Assembly: GCA_963666515.2 (NCBI GenBank)
Contig: OY762897.2
Span: 768,001 to 832,000, forward strand
Direction of reading: 5' to 3'
DNA from: Candidatus Binatia bacterium
GTDB taxonomy: Bacteria; Desulfobacterota; Binatia; UBA9968; JAJDTQ01
Length of the DNA stretch: 64,000 bases
The position numbers were made by a program, and so were the translations under genes. Within the stretch, counting starts at the first letter, position 1. Every line of letters starts with the position of its first letter. Positions 32,745 to 41,235 of the stretch are shown here, piece by piece. Below the pieces are notes generated by a model. That model was not told the DNA's origin, did no database searches, and saw nothing but the letters and a program-made list of their open reading frames with translations.

Positions 32745-33119
32745 ATGGCCATTGAGCTCAACCATACGATCGTGCCTGTCCACGACAAGGAGGAGTCGGC
32801 CCGTTTCTGGGAGAAGATCTTCGGGTTCGAGCACCAGAAGCCGCTGGGGCACTTCCAGCCGATCCATATTTCCTCCCAGTCCTTGTCGCTTGATCTCGAC
32901 GACCGCAAGCAGGTGGAGCATCACCACTATGCCTTCAAGGTGAGCGAGCAGGAGTTCGACGAGATATTCGGCCGCATCCGGGAGGCTGGGCTGGAATACG
33001 GCAGCGGTCCCAGGAGTTCCACCGACATGAAGACCAACACCTGGAACGGCGGGCGCGGCGTTTACTTCCGGGACCCCAACGGGCATCTGCTGGAGTTGCT
33101 CACACAGGACTACGCCTGA
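32745..33119 (+). CDS. VOC/glyoxalase family protein
   Basis: LNHTIV, HYAFKV, GRGVYFRDPNGHLLEL. Confidence 0.9.
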   Translation: MAIELNHTIVPVHDKEESARFWEKIFGFEHQKPLGHFQPIHISSQSLSLDLDDRKQVEHHHYAFKVSEQEFDEIFGRIREAGLEYGSGPRSSTDMKTNTWNGGRGVYFRDPNGHLLELLTQDYA

Positions 33120-33143
33120 CGGCCGGACTTCGATTGTATGCTT

Positions 33144-34346
33144 CTACGGCCGCGCCGGCTCGGGCAGCGGGGCGTCGTCGGAGCGGATGGTGATGTAGAC
33201 CATGGCGGCCGACGCCAGCAGGATCAGGCTCATCATCTGCATGAAGCCGTCGTAGCTTCCGTACACGTCGAAGTAGACGCTGGCCAGGATGGGCCCGCCG
33301 CTGGAGCCGACTTGGTGCACGAGGAAGCTCAGGCCGAGGATGAGTCCCGCCAGCCTCGGCCCTACCATCTCGAAGAACATGACGTTCTGGACCCCGATGG
33401 TGCCGAATGTCGGCCCCATGGCCAGCGCCACCACGATGTAGAAGGCCAACGGGTTCGAGAAGTCCAGGGACAGGGCAAAAGTGCCCACGCCCCGGAAGAC
33501 GTAGGTGAGGGCCAGCGCCTGCGCGCGGCCGTAGCGGTCGGAGACCCAGCCGAAGGCCACCGCGGAGACCGCGGCGGCGACTCCGAAGACGGTGACGGCA
33601 TCCCGCCCGACGACCTGGTCGAAGCCCTTGCTCAACGCGATGGCCACCAGGTGCACGCTCTGGAACAGGGCGAAACCGCAGGAGAACCGCGCCGCGAACA
33701 GCAGCAGCATGTTCCGGTCCCGCAGATAGGGCAGGCAGCTTCCCCAGCTTGCGCGTTCGCGGCGCGTGGAGGAGGAGGGGTCGGGATCGCGCGCGCCGAC
33801 CCACCCGAACGGGAAAGCCACGAACAACAGAAGCACCCCGCAGAACATCGCGGCCATGCGCCAGTCATAGTTCACGATGATGTAGTGCAGCGGCCACGCC
33901 AGGAAGAAGGGGCTCATCGGCGACGCCGTCTGGACGATGCTCACCGCCAGGCCGCGGTTGCTGGCCTCGTAGTGCTTGGCCACCAGCAGCGAGATGATCA
34001 CCAGTCCGCAGGCCCCCTTGGCCATGCCGGTCATGATCCCGAAGGTAAGGGATAGCTGCCACAGGTTCTGCGACAGGCCCATGCCGAAGAAGCCCGCGGC
34101 CATGAGGAGCACCCCGCCCAGGATCACCGGGCGGGTGCCGAGGTCGTCCGCCTTCTTCCCGAACAGCACGCCGCCGACGGCCCAACCCAGCATTGCGAAC
34201 ACGTAGGGAACCGTCGCCGTGGTGCGCGACCAGCCGAACGCCGTCTCGATGGGCGTCAGGAACAGGCTGAACGCGTTCATGCTGATGGACGTGATGACCA
34301 CCACCGCGGCGGACATGACGACGATGACGATACGCGGGAGCCGCAT
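33144..34346 (-). CDS. MFS transporter
   Basis: About 12 TM segments, GKKADDLGTR and GWVSDRYGR; ATG at 34346. Confidence 0.88.
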   Translation of the reverse strand: MRLPRIVIVVMSAAVVVITSISMNAFSLFLTPIETAFGWSRTTATVPYVFAMLGWAVGGVLFGKKADDLGTRPVILGGVLLMAAGFFGMGLSQNLWQLSLTFGIMTGMAKGACGLVIISLLVAKHYEASNRGLAVSIVQTASPMSPFFLAWPLHYIIVNYDWRMAAMFCGVLLLFVAFPFGWVGARDPDPSSSTRRERASWGSCLPYLRDRNMLLLFAARFSCGFALFQSVHLVAIALSKGFDQVVGRDAVTVFGVAAAVSAVAFGWVSDRYGRAQALALTYVFRGVGTFALSLDFSNPLAFYIVVALAMGPTFGTIGVQNVMFFEMVGPRLAGLILGLSFLVHQVGSSGGPILASVYFDVYGSYDGFMQMMSLILLASAAMVYITIRSDDAPLPEPARP

Positions 34347-34478
34347 GGTTGTTTCAGGATCGGGTGAGAGGGTTTCCCGTTGTATGGGCGCGACGCGTCC
34401 GGGCGGGGCCGGCCCGGGCGCCGGCGCCGTTGAGTTCCGCCCGGACCTCAACGGCCCGGGCGGGTTTGTGTTCCACTC

Positions 34479-35567
34479 CTACAGGCCGTAGAGCGCCTTG
34501 GGATTGTGGTACAGGATGTTGTCCTTCCGCTCCTGGCTGACGTCGTCCATCTTCTTCAGGTCGAGGATGGCGTCCATCTCGCTGGACGGATCGGTGTGGC
34601 CGTAGTCGGTGCCGATGACCAGGTTGCCCTCGCCCGAGTACTTGAGGACGTAGGGGATGTCGTCGTTGGTCTGGCAGGTGACGTAGATGCCGTACTCCTC
34701 GAAGAGGTCCTTGGGGAACTCGCGCCCGGCCGCCTGGTACCGGTTCTCGCTCTCCAGGTAGATCCACGGCACCCACTGGGAGGAGGCTTCGATGAAGCCC
34801 CAGCGGAGGTTCGGGAAGACCTGGGGGATCTCGCTCATGATGAGGCCCAGGCACGACGTGACCGTAGGCGCCCGGAACATGGCGAAACGGCCCGCGGTGG
34901 TGGGACGGTAGGTGTCGCAGTTGCCGGGGTTGCCGTTGGCGATGTGCACGGCGACGGCCATGTCCAGGTCCGCGGCCGCCTGGTAGACGGGGTAGAAGTA
35001 CGGATCGCACATGTCCCGGTCCCCCTCCAGCGGCCGCATGCAAACCGCCACCGCGCCGTCCTCCTGGGCCTGCTTCATCTGCGCCACCGCTTCGTCCAGC
35101 GCCAGCACCGGCACCACGCAGGACCAGCGCAGCCGGCCCTCGCTCTGTCGGTAGATGTCGCCCAGCCAGCGGTTCCAGCTCCGGCACAGCGCGGCCTCCA
35201 CATCCGGCCGGGTGGTGATCTGCTCGATCCAGAAGGTGTTGTGGAGCACCTGCACGTCCACCCCCAGCTTTTCCATGTGGTCGAGCCGAAGCTGGACGTC
35301 GTCCAGCTCGCGCGCGGCCTGGGGCGACTCGACGTTCCGTCCGAACTGGTCCGACAGGTCCCTCAGTTGCTGCTCGCTGTAGGTGGGGAAGCGGAACCCG
35401 CGGATCTTTTCGTCGATGACCCAGTACTGGAGGGTGGGTTCCTGGGGCGAGGAGAAGAGTGTAGGGCGGAACTTCTCCTCCGACGGCTCCAGGTAGTCCC
35501 ACGTGTGTTCGGTTTCGATCACGTGGGCATCGGCATCGATGACCGGAAGGCTTTCCTGGCTGGACAT
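34479..35567 (-). CDS. Amidohydrolase_2 family protein
   Basis: IDADAHVIE, VAVH, IGTDYGH. Confidence 0.9.
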   Translation of the reverse strand: MSSQESLPVIDADAHVIETEHTWDYLEPSEEKFRPTLFSSPQEPTLQYWVIDEKIRGFRFPTYSEQQLRDLSDQFGRNVESPQAARELDDVQLRLDHMEKLGVDVQVLHNTFWIEQITTRPDVEAALCRSWNRWLGDIYRQSEGRLRWSCVVPVLALDEAVAQMKQAQEDGAVAVCMRPLEGDRDMCDPYFYPVYQAAADLDMAVAVHIANGNPGNCDTYRPTTAGRFAMFRAPTVTSCLGLIMSEIPQVFPNLRWGFIEASSQWVPWIYLESENRYQAAGREFPKDLFEEYGIYVTCQTNDDIPYVLKYSGEGNLVIGTDYGHTDPSSEMDAILDLKKMDDVSQERKDNILYHNPKALYGL

Positions 35568-35701
35568 GGCGCGTCTCCTTGATACGCGGCCCGGAGGATT
35601 CCGGGTCGTCAGGGTTTTTGCCCGGCGCCGCACGGCAGCCGGTGCTCAACCGTCAAGTTCGACCAAGAGCCCGCGTTTGTCAACCGCTACGCGGTGTTCT
35701 T

Positions 35702-35762
35702 CCGTTCGTCCTGAGCCCTTCGACAAGCTCAGGACAGGCGTAGCGAAGCGAAGTCGAAGGAC
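35702..35762. repeat. Palindromic intergenic repeat family C (GTCCTGAGC-CCTTCGACAA-GCTCAGGAC...GTCGAAGG)
   Basis: Nested inverted repeats GTCCTGAGC/GCTCAGGAC and CCTTCGAC/GTCGAAGG; one clear copy in the window. Confidence 0.6.
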
Positions 35763-35790
35763 CCCAATCTTCCCTGCCGTCGTATGCCGC

Positions 35791-36555
35791 TCAGTGCAGG
35801 TTGGCCCCGCCGTTCACGAGAATCGACTGGCCGGTGACGAAGGCGCTCAGGTCCGAAAGGAGGTACAGCGCGGTGCCCACCACGTCCTCGGGTTTCTCGA
35901 TGCGCTGCAGCAGGCGCTTGGCCGCTGACCGTTCGTAGTCCTCCAGAGCGGCGGCCGTGGGCTCCGGCTCGCTGGCGGTGGAGCCCGGCGCCAGCGTGTT
36001 CACCCGGATGTTGTCGGGGCCCAGCTCGCGGGCGAGCACCCGGCTGAAGCCCACCACCGCCGCCTTGGACACCACGTAGTGCATCATGCCGCCGCCGCCG
36101 TTGTAGGCCATGTTGGAGGCGATGTTGACGATGCTACCCTGGCGGCGCTCCTGCATGGCGGGGGCCACCGCGCGGCTGCACAGCCACAGCCCCTTGACGT
36201 TCACGGCCATTACCCGGTCCCACTCATCTTCCTGGATGTCCTGGAAACCCGAGCGCGTCACCGGCACGCTCATGAAGACCGCGGCGTTGTTGACCAATCC
36301 GTCGATCCGTCCGAAGGCTTCGAGGGTGGCCTCGGCCATGGCCCGGCAACTCGAAGAGTCCGCCACGTCCGTCTGGAGCCCGAGGCCCCGGCCGCCTTCG
36401 CGCGCTACCTCCCCGGCCACGGACTCGGCGGCGGCCCCGTCGATGTCCGCGGCCACCGGGATGCCGCCCTCCCGCGCGATGCCCAGGCAATAGGCGCGGC
36501 CGATGCCGTTGCCTCCTCCGGTGACGATGACGACTTTCTGATCCAGCAGACCCAT
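35791..36555 (-). CDS. Short-chain dehydrogenase/reductase
   Basis: TGGGNGIG, LVNNAA, YVVSK, IRVNTLAPG. Confidence 0.92.
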   Translation of the reverse strand: MGLLDQKVVIVTGGGNGIGRAYCLGIAREGGIPVAADIDGAAAESVAGEVAREGGRGLGLQTDVADSSSCRAMAEATLEAFGRIDGLVNNAAVFMSVPVTRSGFQDIQEDEWDRVMAVNVKGLWLCSRAVAPAMQERRQGSIVNIASNMAYNGGGGMMHYVVSKAAVVGFSRVLARELGPDNIRVNTLAPGSTASEPEPTAAALEDYERSAAKRLLQRIEKPEDVVGTALYLLSDLSAFVTGQSILVNGGANLH

Positions 36556-36681
36556 GATCGTTCCTTTCTTCGCGGACACGCGCGTAGAACCTCGCGGCAG
36601 GTTGCAACCATCGGGATTCCTTGTCAAGGCAGCCCTCGGCTGCAAGCCGCACCCATCACCGTGCGTCCTCCCCACCCCAAC

Positions 36682-36713
36682 CCCCTGGACCCCGGGTCAA
36701 GCCCAGGGTGACG
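36682..36713. repeat. Palindromic repeat family B (CTGGACCCCGGGTCAAGCCCAGGGTGACG)
   Basis: Inverted relative of the copy at 38122-38177. Confidence 0.7.
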
Positions 36714-36765
36714 TGAACGTCGGCCACCTCTTCTACAATACCGCCCCGATTGCTAGTTTGTCCGT

Positions 36766-37215
36766 ATGGACCATCATGCAAATCTCCTTGAACGGAACCA
36801 GGACATCAGGGACCTGCTCGCCTCCGTCCATCGCATAGCCGTGCTCGGAATCAAGACCGAGCAGCAGGCATCCCAGCCTGCATTCTACGTGCCGCGGTAC
36901 ATGCACCGCGCGGGTTTCGACGTGATCCCCGTGCCCGTGTACTACCCGGAGGTGACGGAGATTCTCGGCAAGACGGTGTACCGCCGGCTGGCGGACATCC
37001 CCGGCGCGGTGGACTTGGTGAACGTGTTCCGGCGTCCGCAAGACATCGAGCCGCACCTCAATGACCTGCTGGCCGCGAAACCCGCGGCGGTGTGGTTCCA
37101 GTCCGGCATCCGCCATCAGGCGGTGGCCGAGACGCTGGCGCGGGCGGGCATCAAGGTGGTCCAGGACCGCTGACTCATGGTGGAACACCGGTCGCCGGCG
37201 GCGACCATCCCATAA
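36766..37215 (+). CDS. CoA-binding (YccU-like) protein, probable selenoprotein (UGA at 37171-37173)
   Basis: IAVLG, VDLVNVFR, AVWFQSGI; reads VVQDR-TGA-LMVEHR where the family has DRC; next stop TAA 37215; hairpin follows the TGA. Confidence 0.8.
37174..37213 (+). promoter_or_regulatory. Candidate bacterial SECIS element
   Basis: GGTCGCC-GGC-GGCGACC (37190-37206), loop 23 nt after the UGA. Confidence 0.65.
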
Positions 37216-37231
37216 CCCTCTCCGGCCTGAC

Positions 37232-38110
37232 TCAACCCAGGGCCAGAATCCAGCACAGCAACACGGCCGCGGCCCCCAGGACGCCGATCCTGAGCTGCAT
37301 GCGTGCGTTCTCCGGATGGTCCGCGGTGGCGGCCCGCGCGCCGCCCACGGCTCCGCCCGCGGCCAGCCCCCAGAAGTGCGCCCACAGGTCCACGCGCTGG
37401 CCGCCGGTGCCGAGCATGCCGAGAATCGCCAGTCCGGCGGCCAGCGGCACCCAGGCCCGCCGTCCCCGCAGCCCGATGCGCCGCCGCCGCACCACCCCCG
37501 TCCCGCCCAGTACGCCCAGCGCGCCGAAGACCGCGGTGGAGGCTCCCACCGAGATGTGGTCGAAGCCGTAGGACCACGCGTTGCAGAAGTTCCCCAGCGC
37601 GCCCGCGCCCAGCACCAGGGCGGCCCCGACCCCCGGGCCTTCGGACCGGCAGACCGCGGTCAGGAAGAACACCATGGCCACCGCGTTGGAGCCCACGTGG
37701 GGCAGATCGGCGTGCAGGGTAAGGGCGGTGACCGTGCGCCACAGCTCGCCGCCGAGGATCAACTCGGCGGAGGCGGCGCCGCGCGCGACCCAAGGCACCA
37801 ACCCGTGGGTCCAAGCCTCAACGAAGAAGAACGCCAGCAGCCCCGTCGCCACCCCCACGCCGGTGTAGAGGGGCGCCTTGCCGGTCCACACCTGCTCTTC
37901 GGGCGCCGTGGCGCGGGTCTCGCTCTCGTAGTCCCAGAGTTCGGTTACCGCCTGCTCCAGGTGCCGCGAGGGAACCGACAGCACCCAGCCGTTGGAGGTG
38001 CGCTGCAGACGCGGAGCCAAGCCCTCCGCTTCCAGCACCAGCGCCCATTCCTCGGCCCGGCGCAGGTCCGTCGTCCTGCGTACGATGATTTCCCGTCTCG
38101 CCTGCATCAT
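37232..38110 (-). CDS. Rhomboid family intramembrane serine protease
   Basis: WRTVTALTLHAD..HVGSN, VGASTAVFG, AHFWG. Confidence 0.9.
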   Translation of the reverse strand: MMQARREIIVRRTTDLRRAEEWALVLEAEGLAPRLQRTSNGWVLSVPSRHLEQAVTELWDYESETRATAPEEQVWTGKAPLYTGVGVATGLLAFFFVEAWTHGLVPWVARGAASAELILGGELWRTVTALTLHADLPHVGSNAVAMVFFLTAVCRSEGPGVGAALVLGAGALGNFCNAWSYGFDHISVGASTAVFGALGVLGGTGVVRRRRIGLRGRRAWVPLAAGLAILGMLGTGGQRVDLWAHFWGLAAGGAVGGARAATADHPENARMQLRIGVLGAAAVLLCWILALG

Positions 38111-38121
38111 GGCGTTCTACA

Positions 38122-38177
38122 ACGTCACCTCCGGGCTTGACCCGGATCAAGTCCGGAGCAGACTCCGGGGTCCAGGG
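38122..38177. repeat. Palindromic repeat family B with internal expansion
   Basis: ACGTCACCTCCGGGCTTGACCCGG...GGTCCAGGG, reverse-complement relative of 36682-36713. Confidence 0.7.
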
Positions 38178-38281
38178 ATGGGGCGAGCGGGCCAGAATGA
38201 CGGGTGCCGGCATTCGGATCCTGGCGCATGGGACGTAGATACAAGACGCGACCAGCGGCTTCAACTTCCGCCGGCGCGGCC

Positions 38282-39145
38282 TCAGCGCCAGGTGATGAGC
38301 ACGATCCCGGTGACGATCAGCACCGCCCCGGCGGCCACCCGGGCGTTTACGGTCTCCAGGTCCCGCAGGAACAGGGCGCTGAAGAGCACGATGAAGAGCG
38401 GGTTGGTGTTGATGAGCGGCACCACCACGGATACGTCCCCCTCGCTCAGGGCGATGTAGCCCAGAAGCTGGGCGGTGGCCGATACCACCGCGGCGGTGCC
38501 GTAGAACGGCAGGCACTTCCGGTCCCCCTGGAAGGTGGCCCGCAACTGGCCCGTGGCCGCCAGGCTGAGGGAGAACACCGCCAGCGACGTGGTGATGGTG
38601 ACGGCGGTGGCGACGTAAGGGTTGGGCATGATCAGCAGCCCGGTCTTGCGGAAGTTCTGCGAGATGGCCGTGAGGAAGGCCGCCCCCAGCGGGTAGGCCA
38701 GGTGAATGGCCTTCCACTCGCTCTCCCCCTCGCGCCGGGTGGAGGTGAGCCACACCCCCACCACGCTCAGGAGCGATCCCAGGTAGACCGCGGCTTCGGG
38801 CCGCTCGCCCAGGAAGGTGAACGCCAGGGCGATGGCGAACAGCGGCGTCACGCTGCGCACCGGGCCGGCGCGCGACGCGCCCAGGCGGACGATGCCCGTG
38901 TAGTGGAGGAAGCGGACGATGGCGGGCTGGATCAGCCCGCTGATGATGAAGTACCAGGTGGCGTCGGTGTAGAGCAGGCTCAGCGGAAAGAACAGCCAGA
39001 TAGCAGTCCACAGCGCCACCGTGCTCAGCACGAACCCCATGAGCGCGGCCAGCGCCACGCTGGCGTAGCGCGAGCCCCGGCGCACCAGGATCGCCTCGGA
39101 GCCCCACGCCACCGCCGAGGTCAGGGCTAGGAACTCGGGACCCAT
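38282..39145 (-). CDS. DMT/EamA family transporter
   Basis: About 10 TM segments in two repeats; PLFAIALAFTFLGE and PLFIVLFSALFLRDLE. Confidence 0.9.
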   Translation of the reverse strand: MGPEFLALTSAVAWGSEAILVRRGSRYASVALAALMGFVLSTVALWTAIWLFFPLSLLYTDATWYFIISGLIQPAIVRFLHYTGIVRLGASRAGPVRSVTPLFAIALAFTFLGERPEAAVYLGSLLSVVGVWLTSTRREGESEWKAIHLAYPLGAAFLTAISQNFRKTGLLIMPNPYVATAVTITTSLAVFSLSLAATGQLRATFQGDRKCLPFYGTAAVVSATAQLLGYIALSEGDVSVVVPLINTNPLFIVLFSALFLRDLETVNARVAAGAVLIVTGIVLITWR

Positions 39146-39170
39146 GACGACCGGCGTTGAAGCGTGAGAC

Positions 39171-40019
39171 TCACTCCAGCACGAGCGGGGTGTCGTCGCG
39201 GTTGGCCCACTCGCCCATGGAGCCGTCGTAGTTGCGCGCCCGCTCGTAGCCCAGCAGTGTCAGGACGAAGACTCCGTGCGCCGCACGGATGCCGCCCTGT
39301 CAATAGGTGACCACTTCCTTGTCCGGCGGAACCCCCGCCTGCTCCAGCAGGCTCCGAAGCTCCCCGGCCGGTTTCAGGGTCTTGTACGGCTTGTCCTGGA
39401 GGAAGTTGAGCCATTCCAGGTGTACCGCGCCCGGGATGCGGCCCGCCCGCTTGTTGCCGCGGTCGTTGGCGCCCGTCCACTCGCCGTCCGAGCGCACGTC
39501 GAGGAACATCACGTCCGGGTTGCCGACGTTGGCCGTCCCGTAGTCCAGCGTGCACACGAGGTCCGGGTTCGCCTTGGGGTTGAACACCGCGCCATCGGGC
39601 TTCGGCACGTCCAGGGTCATCGGCCGTCCCTCGCCGAACCACTTCTGCCAGCCGCCGTTGAGCACGGTCACCTCGGTATGGCCGTAGTAGTTCAGCACCC
39701 ACCACAGGCGCGCGGCCCACAGCGACCCGTTGCTGTCGTAGGCCACCACCCGCGTTCCGTCGCCGATGCCCAGGCTCTCCATCACTTCCTTCGCCGTGTC
39801 CGGCGGCGCCACCAGGGGGTACTTGCGCGGTTCCTTGTCGTATCCCGGCTGCTTGATGTAGTGGTGCACGCGGATACCGACCGCGCCCTTGATGTGAGCC
39901 CGGCGGTAGACGTCGAACGGATCGCAGTCCACGATGCGGATGTCCGGGTCGTCGAGATGCTGCTCCAGCCAGTCTGTCTCCGTCAGCAGCTCCGGGTGCG
40001 CGTAGCCTTCCTCTGCCAT
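39171..40019 (-). CDS. Two-domain rhodanese/sulfurtransferase, probable selenoprotein (UGA at 39302-39300)
   Basis: GHTEVTVLNGG, FLDVRS, GRIPGA; active site VVTY-TGA-QGGIRAA, then ARNYDGSMGEW signature to TGA 39171. Confidence 0.9.
39261..39299 (-). promoter_or_regulatory. Candidate bacterial SECIS element
   Basis: CAGGGCG/CGTCCTG lower stem plus TCCGTGC-GGC-GCACGGA upper stem, loop 17 nt after the UGA. Confidence 0.75.
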
Positions 40020-40149
40020 GGGTCCACCTCCTGGTGTGGCGTGTCGAATCTCTAACAGATCGAACGGCGGCGCGCGAACGCGCCCGGCTTGAACTGTCGC
40101 GCCGTCTTGGGCGAGAATGGCACACTGCAATCTATCGGAGGGAAACGAC

Positions 40150-41220
40150 ATGTCCATGTTCATCGACGCCGACGCGCACGTGATCGAGACCGAGCAGACC
40201 TGGGAGTTCATGGAGGAAGAGGACAAGCGCTTCGCGCCGGACCTGCTGGTCTCGGAGCGAAGCGGCCTCCGCTACTGGCGCATCGACGAGCGGGTGGTGC
40301 CCAACACCAACATCGGCCTCAACACCACCGCCGAGTCCCGCGAGCTGGCCGACGTGTCGGCGCGCATCGCCCACATGGACGAGCTGTCGGTGGACGTCCA
40401 GGTCATCTATCCCACGCTGTTCCTGCGGCCGCTCACCGCCCGGGCCGACGTGGAGCGGGCGCTCTGCCGGGGCTACAACCGCTGGCTGGCGGAGATCTGG
40501 AAGCAGGGGGGCGGCCGCATCCGCTGGGTGGTGCTGGCGCCCGTCCGGTCCATGGACCGGGCCATCGAGGAAATCCGCTTCGGCAAGGCCAACGGCGCCT
40601 GCGGGGTCTTCATACATGGCTTCGAGGGCGAGCGGCTGCTCTCGGACGACACCTTCTTCCCCATCTACCAGGAGGCCAGCGACCTCGACATGCCCATCTG
40701 CATCCACGCGGGCGGCGGCAACCTCGACCACTACGACCTGTTCGCCCAGGACGTGTTCTCGCGCTTCAAGCTCCCCGCGGTGGGCGCGTTCAACAACCTC
40801 ATCTACAAGGGCATCCCCGACCTGTTTCCGAAGCTTCGCTGGTGCTTCGTGGAGACCACCTCCCAGTGGGTCCCCTACGCGCTCAACGACCTGCAGATCC
40901 GCACCACCGCCGAGCTGACCTTTCGCCGGAAACACGCCGACAGCAAGCTGGCCGGCGTGCGCGGCGCGCCCCGGGAGCTGGGCGACGGCAACCTGCTCAA
41001 GGACAACCGCATCTACGTGGCCTGCCAGACCACCGACGACCTCCCTTACGTGATCCAGCACGCCGGCGAGGACAACATCATCGTCGGCACCGACTACGGC
41101 CACGCCGACTACTCCAACGACATGGAGGCCATCGCCACGCTGGCGAAGGAGGGCGTACTCGCCGAAGGCGTGGGCGACAAGATACTGAGCGACAACCCCC
41201 GGCGGCTGTATGCCCTCTAG
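40150..41220 (+). CDS. Amidohydrolase_2 family protein
   Basis: IDADAHVIETE, ICIH, VGTDYGH; close paralogue of 34479..35567. Confidence 0.9.
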   Translation: MSMFIDADAHVIETEQTWEFMEEEDKRFAPDLLVSERSGLRYWRIDERVVPNTNIGLNTTAESRELADVSARIAHMDELSVDVQVIYPTLFLRPLTARADVERALCRGYNRWLAEIWKQGGGRIRWVVLAPVRSMDRAIEEIRFGKANGACGVFIHGFEGERLLSDDTFFPIYQEASDLDMPICIHAGGGNLDHYDLFAQDVFSRFKLPAVGAFNNLIYKGIPDLFPKLRWCFVETTSQWVPYALNDLQIRTTAELTFRRKHADSKLAGVRGAPRELGDGNLLKDNRIYVACQTTDDLPYVIQHAGEDNIIVGTDYGHADYSNDMEAIATLAKEGVLAEGVGDKILSDNPRRLYAL

Positions 41221-41235
41221 GAGTCTGAGGCAACC

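Noticed and set aside
40020-40226. N-terminal extension of the rhodanese given by the ORF track
   Set aside because: An AGGAGG RBS precedes ATG 40019, and the extension overlaps the divergent amidohydrolase start.
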